NCBI GenBank assembly: GCA_039208735.1
Contig: JBCCQY010000198.1
Coordinates: forward strand, 1-14,061
Length of the DNA stretch: 14,061 bases
From: Myxococcota bacterium
Lineage (GTDB): Bacteria; Myxococcota_A; UBA796; GCA-2862545
Reading direction: 5' to 3'
Of the stretch, positions 1-8,590 are shown piece by piece. The notes under the pieces are model-generated. The model was not told the origin of the DNA. It saw nothing but the letters and a program-made list of their open reading frames with translations, and did no database searches. The stretch's first letter is position 1. Each line of letters starts with the position of its first letter. A program made the translations under genes and the position numbers.

Positions 1-1075
1 CTGCGCCGGGGAAACCCACGAACTGAAGGGCTGGCCAGCCCTCGAAGAGGAGCCGAACTTCTTCGTTTTCCGCGATGAGCGGCATGTCGTTGCCGTTCAC
101 GTACAGCTCGACGGCCCGGTAGCCGGCCTCAGGCACCAGCGTGAGGAGTCGGTCTCCCTTCTTCACCTGACCGCCGCCCGGGCCGCCGTGGAGTCGCAGC
201 ACGGCTCCCGCCCGGGGAGCTCGGATCAGCTGGTTCTGCTGTCGGCTCACTTTGACCTTGGCATCGAGTAGCTTCTGCTGCAGTTCTTCAAGCTTCACTT
301 CCGCGGACTGGAGGTCGGCTTCGACGGCCGCGACCTTCGCGTTTCCGTCCGCACGCGCCTTCCCTAGGGCCTGCCGGGCGGCATTGATCTCGGCTTCAAT
401 CGAGTTGAAGTCGGCCACGGCCTTCGCGCGCTTCAGCGAAGCCAGCTCGGCGTCACGCTGGCTCACGATGCCATCTGCCGCGAGGCTCTCCTGCCGTTCG
501 GCCTGTCGACGTTCCGTCACGACGGTGACTTCGAGACCGGCACGCTTGCTTTCGAGGCTCTTGATCTTCGAGAAGTACTCGGCAACTTGTAGGTCTCGAG
601 CTGCTGTTTCGGCTTCGAGCTTCCGCTGGTACGACCGCACCTGGTCCTCGGAACTCTTGAGCTGGCGCTGGGTCGCTTCCTGGTTCTGCGACAAGCGATC
701 GAGCAAGTTCGGATCGTTGTCGCGAAGCTCGATCAACGGGTCGCCGACATCGACGTGCTGGCCTTCCTGGACCAACCAACGCTCGATTCGGCCGTCGATC
801 GGAGACTCGATGAGCTGCTCGCGTTCCTGCTGGGCGTAGGCGATGACCCGGCCGGTGCCGATGGCCGCCTGCTGCCAGGGCATCACGAGGAGCAGAAGCA
901 ACAACGCCGGAAGCAGCACGGCGAGAACCATTGCAATCGTGCGAACGGGGGCCGGAGGCCGCAAGAGTCTCGACGCCGGATGGCTCGACTCACGGTCGAG
1001 CAGTTGGCGCAGTCCCGGGGCTGAAGCCGGACGGGGGGCGGGACGATGTTCCGCGCGAACGGGCTCACCGCTCAT
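1..1075 (-). CDS. HlyD family efflux/type I secretion periplasmic adaptor (membrane fusion protein), 3' end truncated by the window edge
   Basis: Absent from the ORF track because it has no stop in the window. Translated by hand from ATG 1075 (overlaps the ABC gene by 11 bp): MSGEPVRAEHRP..., a TM segment IAMVLAVLLPALLLLLLVMPWQQ, GTGRVIAY, a lipoyl-like half motif IESPIDGRIERWLVQEGQHVDVGDPLIEL, a coiled-coil region, and EVRLLFEGWPALQFVGFPGA at the edge. Confidence 0.93.
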   Translation of the reverse strand, partial: MSGEPVRAEHRPAPRPASAPGLRQLLDRESSHPASRLLRPPAPVRTIAMVLAVLLPALLLLLLVMPWQQAAIGTGRVIAYAQQEREQLIESPIDGRIERWLVQEGQHVDVGDPLIELRDNDPNLLDRLSQNQEATQRQLKSSEDQVRSYQRKLEAETAARDLQVAEYFSKIKSLESKRAGLEVTVVTERRQAERQESLAADGIVSQRDAELASLKRAKAVADFNSIEAEINAARQALGKARADGNAKVAAVEADLQSAEVKLEELQQKLLDAKVKVSRQQNQLIRAPRAGAVLRLHGGPGGGQVKKGDRLLTLVPEAGYRAVELYVNGNDMPLIAENEEVRLLFEGWPALQFVGFPGA

Positions 1076-3158
1076 CGAGGCCTCCAGACGTCAAGGTGAG
1101 GGACCGGAACGTCGGGTCGTTCTCACTGGATTCGGATGTAAGCACCAAAAGGGTCCAAGGGGACTGCGCATCGGCCACGAGCCGCAGTAGTTTATGGCGG
1201 GTCGTCGCGGGCAGTCCGTCGAAAATACCGTCGATGACGAGCAGGCGTGGGGGGCGCACGATGGCGCGGGCGATCAGCAAGGTGCGTCGTTCCGCCTCGA
1301 AAAGCGGTCCGCCCATGTAGTCGAGCGGCGTTTGGATTCCCTGCGGGAGCGATTCGACGCGACGCCGCAGGCCCACCCGGTCGAGGGCTTCCCACACCAT
1401 AGCGAGCGAAACGCCGGGCCGTCCGAGGGCCACGTTGTCGAAGATGCTGCCGGCGAGCCAGTCGGACGGGGCAAGCTTCATGACACCGCGGTACTTCGCC
1501 TCCGGCCGAAGCTGGGCGACATCGACGCCGTCGTGCCGCACGAACCCTTCTTCGGATTGTCGGAACCCGACGACCAACCCTGCCAAGGTGCTCTTACCCG
1601 AGCCAGGAGGCCCGAAGATCATGGTGCGGCTGCCCGCCGGGAGATGCAGGTCGACCGGAGCAAGACCCCCGCCAGACGCAAAGATGAAGTTGGCCTGATG
1701 GAGTTCGACTTCCATAGGCCCCGACGTCGGAGGCAGGTTTAGCCCCACGGGCCGCTCGGGGGGGAGGTCGAGCAGGTTGCCGAGCTTATCGACGCCGGCC
1801 AGCAGGTCGTAGAACGTGTCGAGCTTGTCGGCGAACTTGGAAAAGCCAAGCAAGGCAGTGGTGACGATGAACTCGGCCGCCACGAGCTGCCCGATGGTCA
1901 GTTCGCCTTCCAGCACAAGGGCGCCCGAGGCCACCAAGAGAACCGCACTCATGAGCACCTGCAGCCCCTGCACGCCCGCATACTGACGCATGAACACGCG
2001 GAAGTGGCTCCGACGCTTCGTCAGCCAGGAGCGTGCCAAGTCGTCGGAGCGAGACTCGGAGAGTCGGCTCGCGTCCTGCCGTAGCACCATGGGATGCCGT
2101 GCGACCTCTTCGATCCAGGCGGCGACCGCGTACTTCGACTTCGATTCGGCGATTGCGGTGTCTTGCGCTCCTCGGCCGAGCAGCACGATGACGAACAGCA
2201 TGCCCGCGAGCAGGAAGAGGTCGAAGACCAGAAGGTAGGGGTGGTACACGCCAAGCAAGAGCACGGCCACCGTCACCTGGAGCAACGCGGTGAACCCGTC
2301 CAGCAGGAGCGTTCCTGCGGCCTTCTGAACTGTAAGGACGTCGAAGAAGCGGTTGGCGAGTTCGGGGCCGGACAGTCCGTCGAGGGCGTCGACCCGCACC
2401 CGGGACAACCGGGTTGAGAGGTCGGCCACCGTGCGCACGAACACCCGACGTTCGATGGCTTCCACCCCCACGCGCTGAAGGAGCTGCAGGGTCGCGGCGA
2501 GCAAGAGGCAGACGAAGAGCGCCACGCCCAAAATCAAGATCGGCTGCAGCAAGGCGCCAAACGCAAGCCAGTTGATCAACATCTGGATGGCGAGTGGAGT
2601 GGCCAGCGACAGCAGGCCGGCCACGGCACCGAACATCATCACGACGGCGACGTCGCGTCGCTCCACCCACATGAGCGACCACAGCCGCTGAACGGGGCTC
2701 TTCGTTCCATCGGGGCAGGCCAAGGGCGCCGAGGGGAGAACCGGCTCAACCAGCCCCCAGGCCCGAGCTTGCTTCCCGACGCGTTTGGTCAATGCCCCTC
2801 GCGTCATCCACCGGGACCCTCGAGGGTCGGCGATGGGGATCGCGTGGACGAGCCCAAGGCCCTGGCCGTCGAGAACCCAGACGGCGCCTGCGTCATCTTG
2901 GCCGATCACCGGAAGGTCGGGCCGGGCGAGCTTTGTGGCATCCTCGAGCGGAGCCACCATCCATCGAACCCGGAGTCCGGCCGCGGCCAGCACGTCGTCG
3001 ATCTGCAATGGCCAGGCGGCTGTGGCGTCTGTCTCCGCTGAAGCGGACTCCACCGATCGCGAGTCGATCTCGAGGTTCATCGAGTTCGCGAGAACCTCGA
3101 CCAGCTCAGCATGGGTCGGATCAGGTTCGGAGCGGGCCGAACCGAAGGTGCTTTCCAT
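1065..3158 (-). CDS. ABC exporter (C39-like N-terminal domain + transmembrane domain + degenerate NBD), type I secretion/peptidase-domain ABC family
   Basis: 697 aa. ABC membrane domain (LLSLATPLAIQMLIN ... GELTIGQLVAAEFIV), Walker A GPPGSGKST, LLIARAIVRPPRLLVIDG. Lies directly upstream of the HlyD gene. Start codon uncertain (weak RBS). Confidence 0.92.
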   Translation of the reverse strand: MESTFGSARSEPDPTHAELVEVLANSMNLEIDSRSVESASAETDATAAWPLQIDDVLAAAGLRVRWMVAPLEDATKLARPDLPVIGQDDAGAVWVLDGQGLGLVHAIPIADPRGSRWMTRGALTKRVGKQARAWGLVEPVLPSAPLACPDGTKSPVQRLWSLMWVERRDVAVVMMFGAVAGLLSLATPLAIQMLINWLAFGALLQPILILGVALFVCLLLAATLQLLQRVGVEAIERRVFVRTVADLSTRLSRVRVDALDGLSGPELANRFFDVLTVQKAAGTLLLDGFTALLQVTVAVLLLGVYHPYLLVFDLFLLAGMLFVIVLLGRGAQDTAIAESKSKYAVAAWIEEVARHPMVLRQDASRLSESRSDDLARSWLTKRRSHFRVFMRQYAGVQGLQVLMSAVLLVASGALVLEGELTIGQLVAAEFIVTTALLGFSKFADKLDTFYDLLAGVDKLGNLLDLPPERPVGLNLPPTSGPMEVELHQANFIFASGGGLAPVDLHLPAGSRTMIFGPPGSGKSTLAGLVVGFRQSEEGFVRHDGVDVAQLRPEAKYRGVMKLAPSDWLAGSIFDNVALGRPGVSLAMVWEALDRVGLRRRVESLPQGIQTPLDYMGGPLFEAERRTLLIARAIVRPPRLLVIDGIFDGLPATTRHKLLRLVADAQSPWTLLVLTSESSENDPTFRSLTLTSGGLDER

Positions 3159-3269
3159 GTCGCGCGATCCAATTCAAGAAATCGAAAGCACGATAACAAT
3201 GTCTTGTTTTGGTGCCCAATCCGCATCCCGCCAACGCAATCGTGCAATACGCTGATGGGTTTTGCTCGG

Positions 3270-3298
3270 GTCATACGTATGAAAGGTGCCTGCGTCAA
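3270..3298 (-). promoter_or_regulatory. Putative sigma70-type promoter for the ABC/HlyD operon, overlapped by a 12-bp palindrome
   Basis: Minus strand TTGACG (3298-3293), 17 nt spacer, TATGAC (3275-3270). Perfect palindrome TCATACGTATGA at 3271-3282. About 110 bp upstream of the ATG at 3158, in a locally AT-richer stretch. Confidence 0.45.
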
Positions 3299-3858
3299 CC
3301 GCTACGTATTGAATCGGCTGCAAGCTCCGGAACCTGCCTGACGAAACTTGTCCGTTTGAACAGACCTGTGGTGCGCTTCATGGCCGTCGTCAAGATCGCA
3401 GACCCCGCTACGACGTCGATTATGCCCGCCGTCCCGAACCCTACGCGATCGCAACATTCGACAACGAGGCGCAATTCTTCGTCGCGAATCACGGCGCCGA
3501 CAACCGCACCAACGCCCGCCACTGGTCCCGCTTCGATTAGGGGTTGGATCCTGTAGATTTCTTGGTTTGCCAATTCGGTTTGATGCGATGAGCGAAGCGG
3601 ATGCCGGGGACAGTGTTCCTGCCGAAGACGTCGACCCTGCCACGACAGGCTGCGGGGCTGAGCCCTGTGGGTTTGCCTTTACGGACTTGACTCCCGCAGA
3701 ATAGGCATTTGGCGTCCTCTTGCGGTGATCGGTCACGACGGCGTGGCGTCATGCGGAAGTCACAACGGGGGGGTTGCCAGAATCCTGCTTGTGTATATCC
3801 GTGCTCGCTGTTCCCCCCGGATGGACCGGCGGGTGCTCTTCGCGTGAGGCGAGCAAGC

Positions 3859-4809
3859 ATGATTCGAATCGAACACGTCACGCGGAACTACGGCGAGCTG
3901 ACCGCCGTATCCGACGTCTCTCTCTCGATCGAACGGGGTGAGATCGTGGGCTTGCTGGGCCACAACGGCGCCGGCAAGACCACCCTGATGAAGATGATCA
4001 CGGGATTTCTGGAGCCCACGTCAGGCACCATCAACGTTGGAGGTTCCGACGTGGTGGATGACCGGCTCGCGGTGCAGCGGCAGCTCGGGTATCTCCCCGA
4101 AAACGCGCCGCTCTACCCCGAGATGGAGGTCAAGGAGTACCTCCTGATGATGGCCAATCTACGGGAAGTCCCTGCAGACCGACGCGATCGCGCGGTGCAG
4201 GTGGCGCTCGAGCGCACGGGGCTCATGGGTCACGTCGCACGGCCCATCGGTCAGCTTTCGAAGGGGTACCGGCAGCGCGTGGGCCTGGCTCAAGCCATCG
4301 TCCACGAGCCGAACTTGCTCGTGCTCGATGAGCCGACCAACGGCCTCGACCCGGTGCAGATCCAGTCCATCCGAGAACTCATCCAGCAGCTTGGGCGCGA
4401 TGCCACGATCATCTTGTCCACGCACATCATGCAGGAGGTCGAAGCGGTCTGTGACCGCGTCCTCGTCATGATCGATGGCAAGTTGTCGGCCGACTCGGCC
4501 CTAAGCGACATGCTCACCTCCCACACCCTCCGGATGTCGGTCGAGGAAGGAGCGAACGTGGTTTCGGTCCTCTCGAAGCTCGATGGCATCGAAGCGGTGC
4601 GCGAGATCGGGGTCGATCCAACCAACGAAAAGAGCACGCTGTACGCCGTGGACCACGATGAAGACGTGAGCCCGGGCCCTCGGGTCCTCGAAGCGGCCCA
4701 AAAAGCCAACTGGACCGTCCATTGGATGAGTCCCGAGCAGCTTACGCTCGAGAATGTGTTCCGCACGCTGCAGCAGCAACACATCGCCCGCCAGGAGGTG
4801 TCGGCATGA
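3859..4809 (+). CDS. ABC-2 type transporter ATP-binding protein (GldA-like)
   Basis: Start placed at ATG 3859 (MIRIEHVTRNYG, GAGG upstream). Walker A GHNGAGKTT, signature LSKGYRQRVGLAQA, Walker B/D-loop LLVLDEPTNGLDP, H-loop ILSTH. 316 aa. Confidence 0.96.
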   Translation: MIRIEHVTRNYGELTAVSDVSLSIERGEIVGLLGHNGAGKTTLMKMITGFLEPTSGTINVGGSDVVDDRLAVQRQLGYLPENAPLYPEMEVKEYLLMMANLREVPADRRDRAVQVALERTGLMGHVARPIGQLSKGYRQRVGLAQAIVHEPNLLVLDEPTNGLDPVQIQSIRELIQQLGRDATIILSTHIMQEVEAVCDRVLVMIDGKLSADSALSDMLTSHTLRMSVEEGANVVSVLSKLDGIEAVREIGVDPTNEKSTLYAVDHDEDVSPGPRVLEAAQKANWTVHWMSPEQLTLENVFRTLQQQHIARQEVSA

Positions 4810-7628
4810 GCGCGATGTTCACCATCGCCGGCAAGGAACTACGCGCCCTGTTCAAGTCGGCAGTGGCGGTGTTGTTCCTTGAAGCGTTCTTGATGATGAC
4901 GCTGTTCCTCTTCTTCGAGTACTCGACGTTCTTCGCGCGGGGGCTGGCCGACGTTCGCCCCATGTTCGAGTGGCTGCCGTTGCTGCTCATCGCGCTCGTG
5001 TCGGCCACGACCATGCGGGCATGGGCGGAAGAACGACGTGCCGGCACGCTTGAAGTGCTGTTGACCCTCCCGATTCGGACCGTCGACCTCGTGATGGGCA
5101 AGTTCCTCGCGGGTATGGCGCTCGTTGCGCTGGCGTTGCTCTTCACGCTGCCCATTCCCGTGGCGGTGAGCTTTTACGGACCGCTGGATTGGGGCCCGGT
5201 CTACGGGGGCTACTTTGCGGCGCTGCTGCTCGCGTCGACCTACCTGGCCATCGGATTGTGCGTTTCGGCGCGGACCGACAACCAGGTGGTGGCCCTTCTC
5301 GTCACGGTTCTCGTGGGCGGTCTGCTCTACCTGGTTGGAACCGACGGCGTGACCGATCTGTTCTCAGCCGGCACGGCAGAGCTGCTTCGAGGCCTTGGCA
5401 CGGGCTCGCGGTTTGAGAGCATTGAGCGCGGCGTGTTCGACCTTCGCGACATCGTCTACTACGGGTCGCTGACGACGTTCTTCCTCGTTCTCAACATGAT
5501 CTTCCTCGAGACCGAGCGCATCGACACTCAGTCGAGCACCGGCGCGGTTCGCAACTTCATGCTCGTCGGACTGGTGGCCTTGGTGGGCGCGAACGTGGTC
5601 ATGGCCAACTTGTGGCTCACCCCCATCCGCAGCGCGCGCCTCGACCTGACCGAAAACGGCGAGTACACCATCTCGCCGGTGACGCGCGATGTGTTGCGTG
5701 AACTCGATGAGCCGCTGGTCATCCGTGCGTTCATCACCGAACGCACCCATCCCAAGCTTGCAGCCCTGGTGCCCCGCCTTCGCGACACCCTCGCTGAGTA
5801 CGAGATTTACGGGGACGGACGCGTCGTGGTCGAGATGGAAGACCCGAGCACGAACGAAGATCTCAAGACCGAGATCACCGAGCAGTACTCGATTCGATCG
5901 GTCCCTATGGGGGTGGCGGACAACAACAGCCAGTCCATCGTCAACACCTACTTCCACATCGTGGTCACGTACGGCGATCAGTTCGAGGTGCTCTCGTTTG
6001 AGGACCTGATCGAAGTTGTGCCCCAGGCATCGGGCGACTTCGAAGTCAAGCTCCGCAACCTCGAGTACGACCTCACCCGCACCGTCCGCAAGGTGACCTC
6101 CGAGTTCCAAAGCATCGATTCGCTACTGGCGCAGCTCCCCGAGCCGGCCACGCTGACGCTCTATGAAAGCAAGGGCATCACGGACGAAAACTTCCAGGCC
6201 ACCGCCCAGGTGTTCCAAGAAGTGGGTGAGCAGCTGCAGACGGTGGGCAAGGACCAGCTGGTCTTCGCCACCGTCGACCCGACGACAGACCCCACGCTAC
6301 CCCAAGAACTCTACGACGAGTACGGCATTCAGCCGATTCCGCAGTCGCTGCAGGACGCGCTGACGGGTCGGGGCAACTACCTGCACATGCTGCTCGAAGT
6401 GGGAGGCAAGGCCACGGCGTTCCGCGGGGTGGAAGGCATGACCGCGAATGACGTGGAGCAGGCCATCGAGGCGGCGCTGCGGAAGGCGACGCCTGGCCAG
6501 CTGAAGAAGATCGCGATCTTCACCGAGAAGCCGATTCAGCTTCCGAACCCCAACATTCCGCCGCAGTTCCAGCCGCCGCCTCCCCAGCCGGACTACCGAT
6601 TCCTCGAGCAGACGTTGGGTACTGAGTACGAAGTCCAGCGCACGATGTTCGAAGAGGGTCAGGTCGACCAGGACGTGGATGTCTTGTTTGTCGGCAAGAC
6701 GGGTCAGATGACCGATGCGCAGCGGTTCGCCGTCGACCAGTACCTCATGCGCGGCGGCTCGGTGGTCGCCCTCGCTGGCGCGTTCCGCATCGAGCCCCAG
6801 CCTCCGTTGAGCACGCGACCCACCGATCCGGGGCTGCGCAACATGCTGAAGACCTATGGCGTGAAGGTCGACAACTCGCTCGTCATGGACAACGACAACG
6901 TGCCCCTGCCGTTGCCCATCCAGAATCAACTCGTCAAGGTCCGGTACCCTTACTTCCCGAATGGCTTCGGAGTGGACCGGTTGAACCCAGACCACGCCGC
7001 AGCAACCGGCATCCAGTCGCTCGTGTTGCCGTGGGTCTCGCCCGTCTCGACGGTCGAGGACGAACTCGAAGGGCGCGAGATCGAGTGGATTGTTCGGTCG
7101 TCTGAAGATGCGTGGCTCGACACCGATGGCCGCATCGATCAGGATTCGGTCGACCGCCGCGGCGTTCCCATGTGGAACGAGCGCGACGACAAGAAGGTCC
7201 GCGACCTTGCGATCAGCCTCACGGGGCGGTTCCCGAGTGCATTCGCCGGAAGCGAGAACCCCCTGTCGACCGAAGAAGAACAGCGCTCGGCGCCTCTTGA
7301 AGCCTCCGTCGCCGATGGCCGCCTCGTGGTCGTGGGTACGAGTGAGCTGATGTCTGACCTCATGTCGCAGCTGGCGCGGGATCCTGCGCACGCGGCAAGC
7401 CTCCAGCTCGTGGCCAACCTCATTGACTGGAGTGCAGAGGACACGGACCTGCTGCAGATCCGTTCCGCCGGTGCGTTCGCCCGCACCCTCGTCGCCATCG
7501 ACGAGGAGGAAGCAACCTGGGTTGAAGTGCTGACCTGGTTCTTCGTTCTCGTTCCGCCGCTGCTGCTGGTGGTCGCGCTCGTCGTGGTCCGCCGGGCGGC
7601 CAACTCCGAGCAGGAGCAAACCGCATGA
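4806..7628 (+). CDS. ABC-2 permease (GldF-like) fused to a GldG/ABC_transp_aux family extracytoplasmic domain
   Basis: ATGA overlap with the ATPase stop and AGGAGG RBS. Permease motifs TMRAWAEERRAGTLEVLLTLP, GKFLA and FESIERGVFDLRD. GldG-type motifs RLDLTENGEYTIS, LEYDLT, VDQYLMRGG, GRLVVVG and NLIDW, ending in a C-terminal TM helix. 940 aa. Confidence 0.93.
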   Translation: MSAMFTIAGKELRALFKSAVAVLFLEAFLMMTLFLFFEYSTFFARGLADVRPMFEWLPLLLIALVSATTMRAWAEERRAGTLEVLLTLPIRTVDLVMGKFLAGMALVALALLFTLPIPVAVSFYGPLDWGPVYGGYFAALLLASTYLAIGLCVSARTDNQVVALLVTVLVGGLLYLVGTDGVTDLFSAGTAELLRGLGTGSRFESIERGVFDLRDIVYYGSLTTFFLVLNMIFLETERIDTQSSTGAVRNFMLVGLVALVGANVVMANLWLTPIRSARLDLTENGEYTISPVTRDVLRELDEPLVIRAFITERTHPKLAALVPRLRDTLAEYEIYGDGRVVVEMEDPSTNEDLKTEITEQYSIRSVPMGVADNNSQSIVNTYFHIVVTYGDQFEVLSFEDLIEVVPQASGDFEVKLRNLEYDLTRTVRKVTSEFQSIDSLLAQLPEPATLTLYESKGITDENFQATAQVFQEVGEQLQTVGKDQLVFATVDPTTDPTLPQELYDEYGIQPIPQSLQDALTGRGNYLHMLLEVGGKATAFRGVEGMTANDVEQAIEAALRKATPGQLKKIAIFTEKPIQLPNPNIPPQFQPPPPQPDYRFLEQTLGTEYEVQRTMFEEGQVDQDVDVLFVGKTGQMTDAQRFAVDQYLMRGGSVVALAGAFRIEPQPPLSTRPTDPGLRNMLKTYGVKVDNSLVMDNDNVPLPLPIQNQLVKVRYPYFPNGFGVDRLNPDHAAATGIQSLVLPWVSPVSTVEDELEGREIEWIVRSSEDAWLDTDGRIDQDSVDRRGVPMWNERDDKKVRDLAISLTGRFPSAFAGSENPLSTEEEQRSAPLEASVADGRLVVVGTSELMSDLMSQLARDPAHAASLQLVANLIDWSAEDTDLLQIRSAGAFARTLVAIDEEEATWVEVLTWFFVLVPPLLLVVALVVVRRAANSEQEQTA

Positions 7629-8590
7629 ACCTCGAACAGACCCTTCGGATTTTGATGGGGGCGTTCCTCGTGCAGGGGCTGCTCGCCATCATCACCTGGT
7701 GGCCCTCGTCGGATGGTCCAGCCCAAGTCCGCGACCTCGTGGAGTTCGACGCGTCCGACGTGACGTCGATTACCGTGACCGGAACCGTCCAACGTGGTGA
7801 GATGCCGGATACGCCGGTCGTGCTCAAGCGTACCGACTCGGGCTGGCAGATCCCGTCCATGTTCGGTGTCGAAGTGCTCGAAACGAAGATCGAAAGCCTG
7901 CTTGAGACGATCGACAAGCTCGAGGCACGGCGTCCGATTGCCGAGAATGCCTATCGCCACGTCGATCTCGATGTGGCCGACGACCAACACGCTCGAAAGC
8001 TGGTCATTGAGAAAGACGGTGGAGAGCCCGTTACGGTCTATTTTGGATCGGCTACGGGCAACGCGGCCCACGTGCGTTTGGCCGGCGAGAATGAGGTCTA
8101 CAAAATCCGTGGCGTGGCGGGCTACAGCATCTCGACGGCGTCCAACCAGTACTTCGACCGGAAGATCCTCGATGTCGACACGGGGACGGTCAACGAGGTC
8201 GCGGTGGCCCGACCGGATGGCTCAGCGTTCACGTTCACCAAGACCGACGTGGGCTGGGATGTGTCGATCGAAGGCCCGCCGGGCCGCGTGCTCGACAGCA
8301 TCAAGGCTTCGGAATTCATCGGCAAACTACTGACTGTCGAGATGCGCGAGCCCATCGCGCAGAGCACCACGCCGGAGATGGGCTTCGACAGTGGCACTGT
8401 GGTCTCCTGGACCACCACCGAAGAGGGCTCCACCGTCTCCAATCGCTATGTCGTGGGCAATCAGATCGATGGAGACTCGGGCCGATTCTATCTTAAGATT
8501 GATGGCAAGAACCTCGTCTATGACGTGATGTCGCCCCAGGTCGAGAACGCGACCACAAAGCCGCTCACCTCGTTGTTCGTGGTTCAGTAG
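7625..8590 (+). CDS. DUF4340 domain-containing membrane-anchored protein
   Basis: ATGA overlap and AGGAG RBS. Single N-terminal TM helix, then LKRTDSGWQI...VTVYFG...HVRLAGENEVY...FDRKILD and a second similar repeat (FTKTDVGW...YVVGN...FYLKIDGKNLVY). Typical position after GldA/F/G-like genes. Confidence 0.8.
   Translation: MNLEQTLRILMGAFLVQGLLAIITWWPSSDGPAQVRDLVEFDASDVTSITVTGTVQRGEMPDTPVVLKRTDSGWQIPSMFGVEVLETKIESLLETIDKLEARRPIAENAYRHVDLDVADDQHARKLVIEKDGGEPVTVYFGSATGNAAHVRLAGENEVYKIRGVAGYSISTASNQYFDRKILDVDTGTVNEVAVARPDGSAFTFTKTDVGWDVSIEGPPGRVLDSIKASEFIGKLLTVEMREPIAQSTTPEMGFDSGTVVSWTTTEEGSTVSNRYVVGNQIDGDSGRFYLKIDGKNLVYDVMSPQVENATTKPLTSLFVVQ

Noticed and set aside
3630..3685. Minus-strand GTAAAGGCAAACC resembling the 5' end of a c-di-GMP-I (GEMM) riboswitch
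   Set aside because: No GNRA-capped stem and no GACGCAAAGCC segment follow; the match is too short.
3774..3799. TTGCCA...TATATC as a promoter for the Gld-like operon
   Set aside because: The spacer is only 14 nt, so it is not supportable as a sigma70 promoter.
3709..3858. 50-aa N-terminal extension of the ABC ATPase in the ORF track
   Set aside because: Arg/Cys-rich and non-homologous; the ABC fold begins at ATG 3859, which has an RBS-like sequence.
6297..7619. Long alternative-frame and antisense ORFs (440 aa here; also 8985..9980, 10227..11135, 7139..8071, 1786..2682, 5364..6110)
   Set aside because: Shadows of GC3-biased real genes, with typical shadow composition and no recognisable motifs.
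3859..8590. Reading the Gld-like genes as evidence of Bacteroidota gliding motility or T9SS
   Set aside because: These ABC families are widespread and no other gliding or T9SS genes are present in the window.
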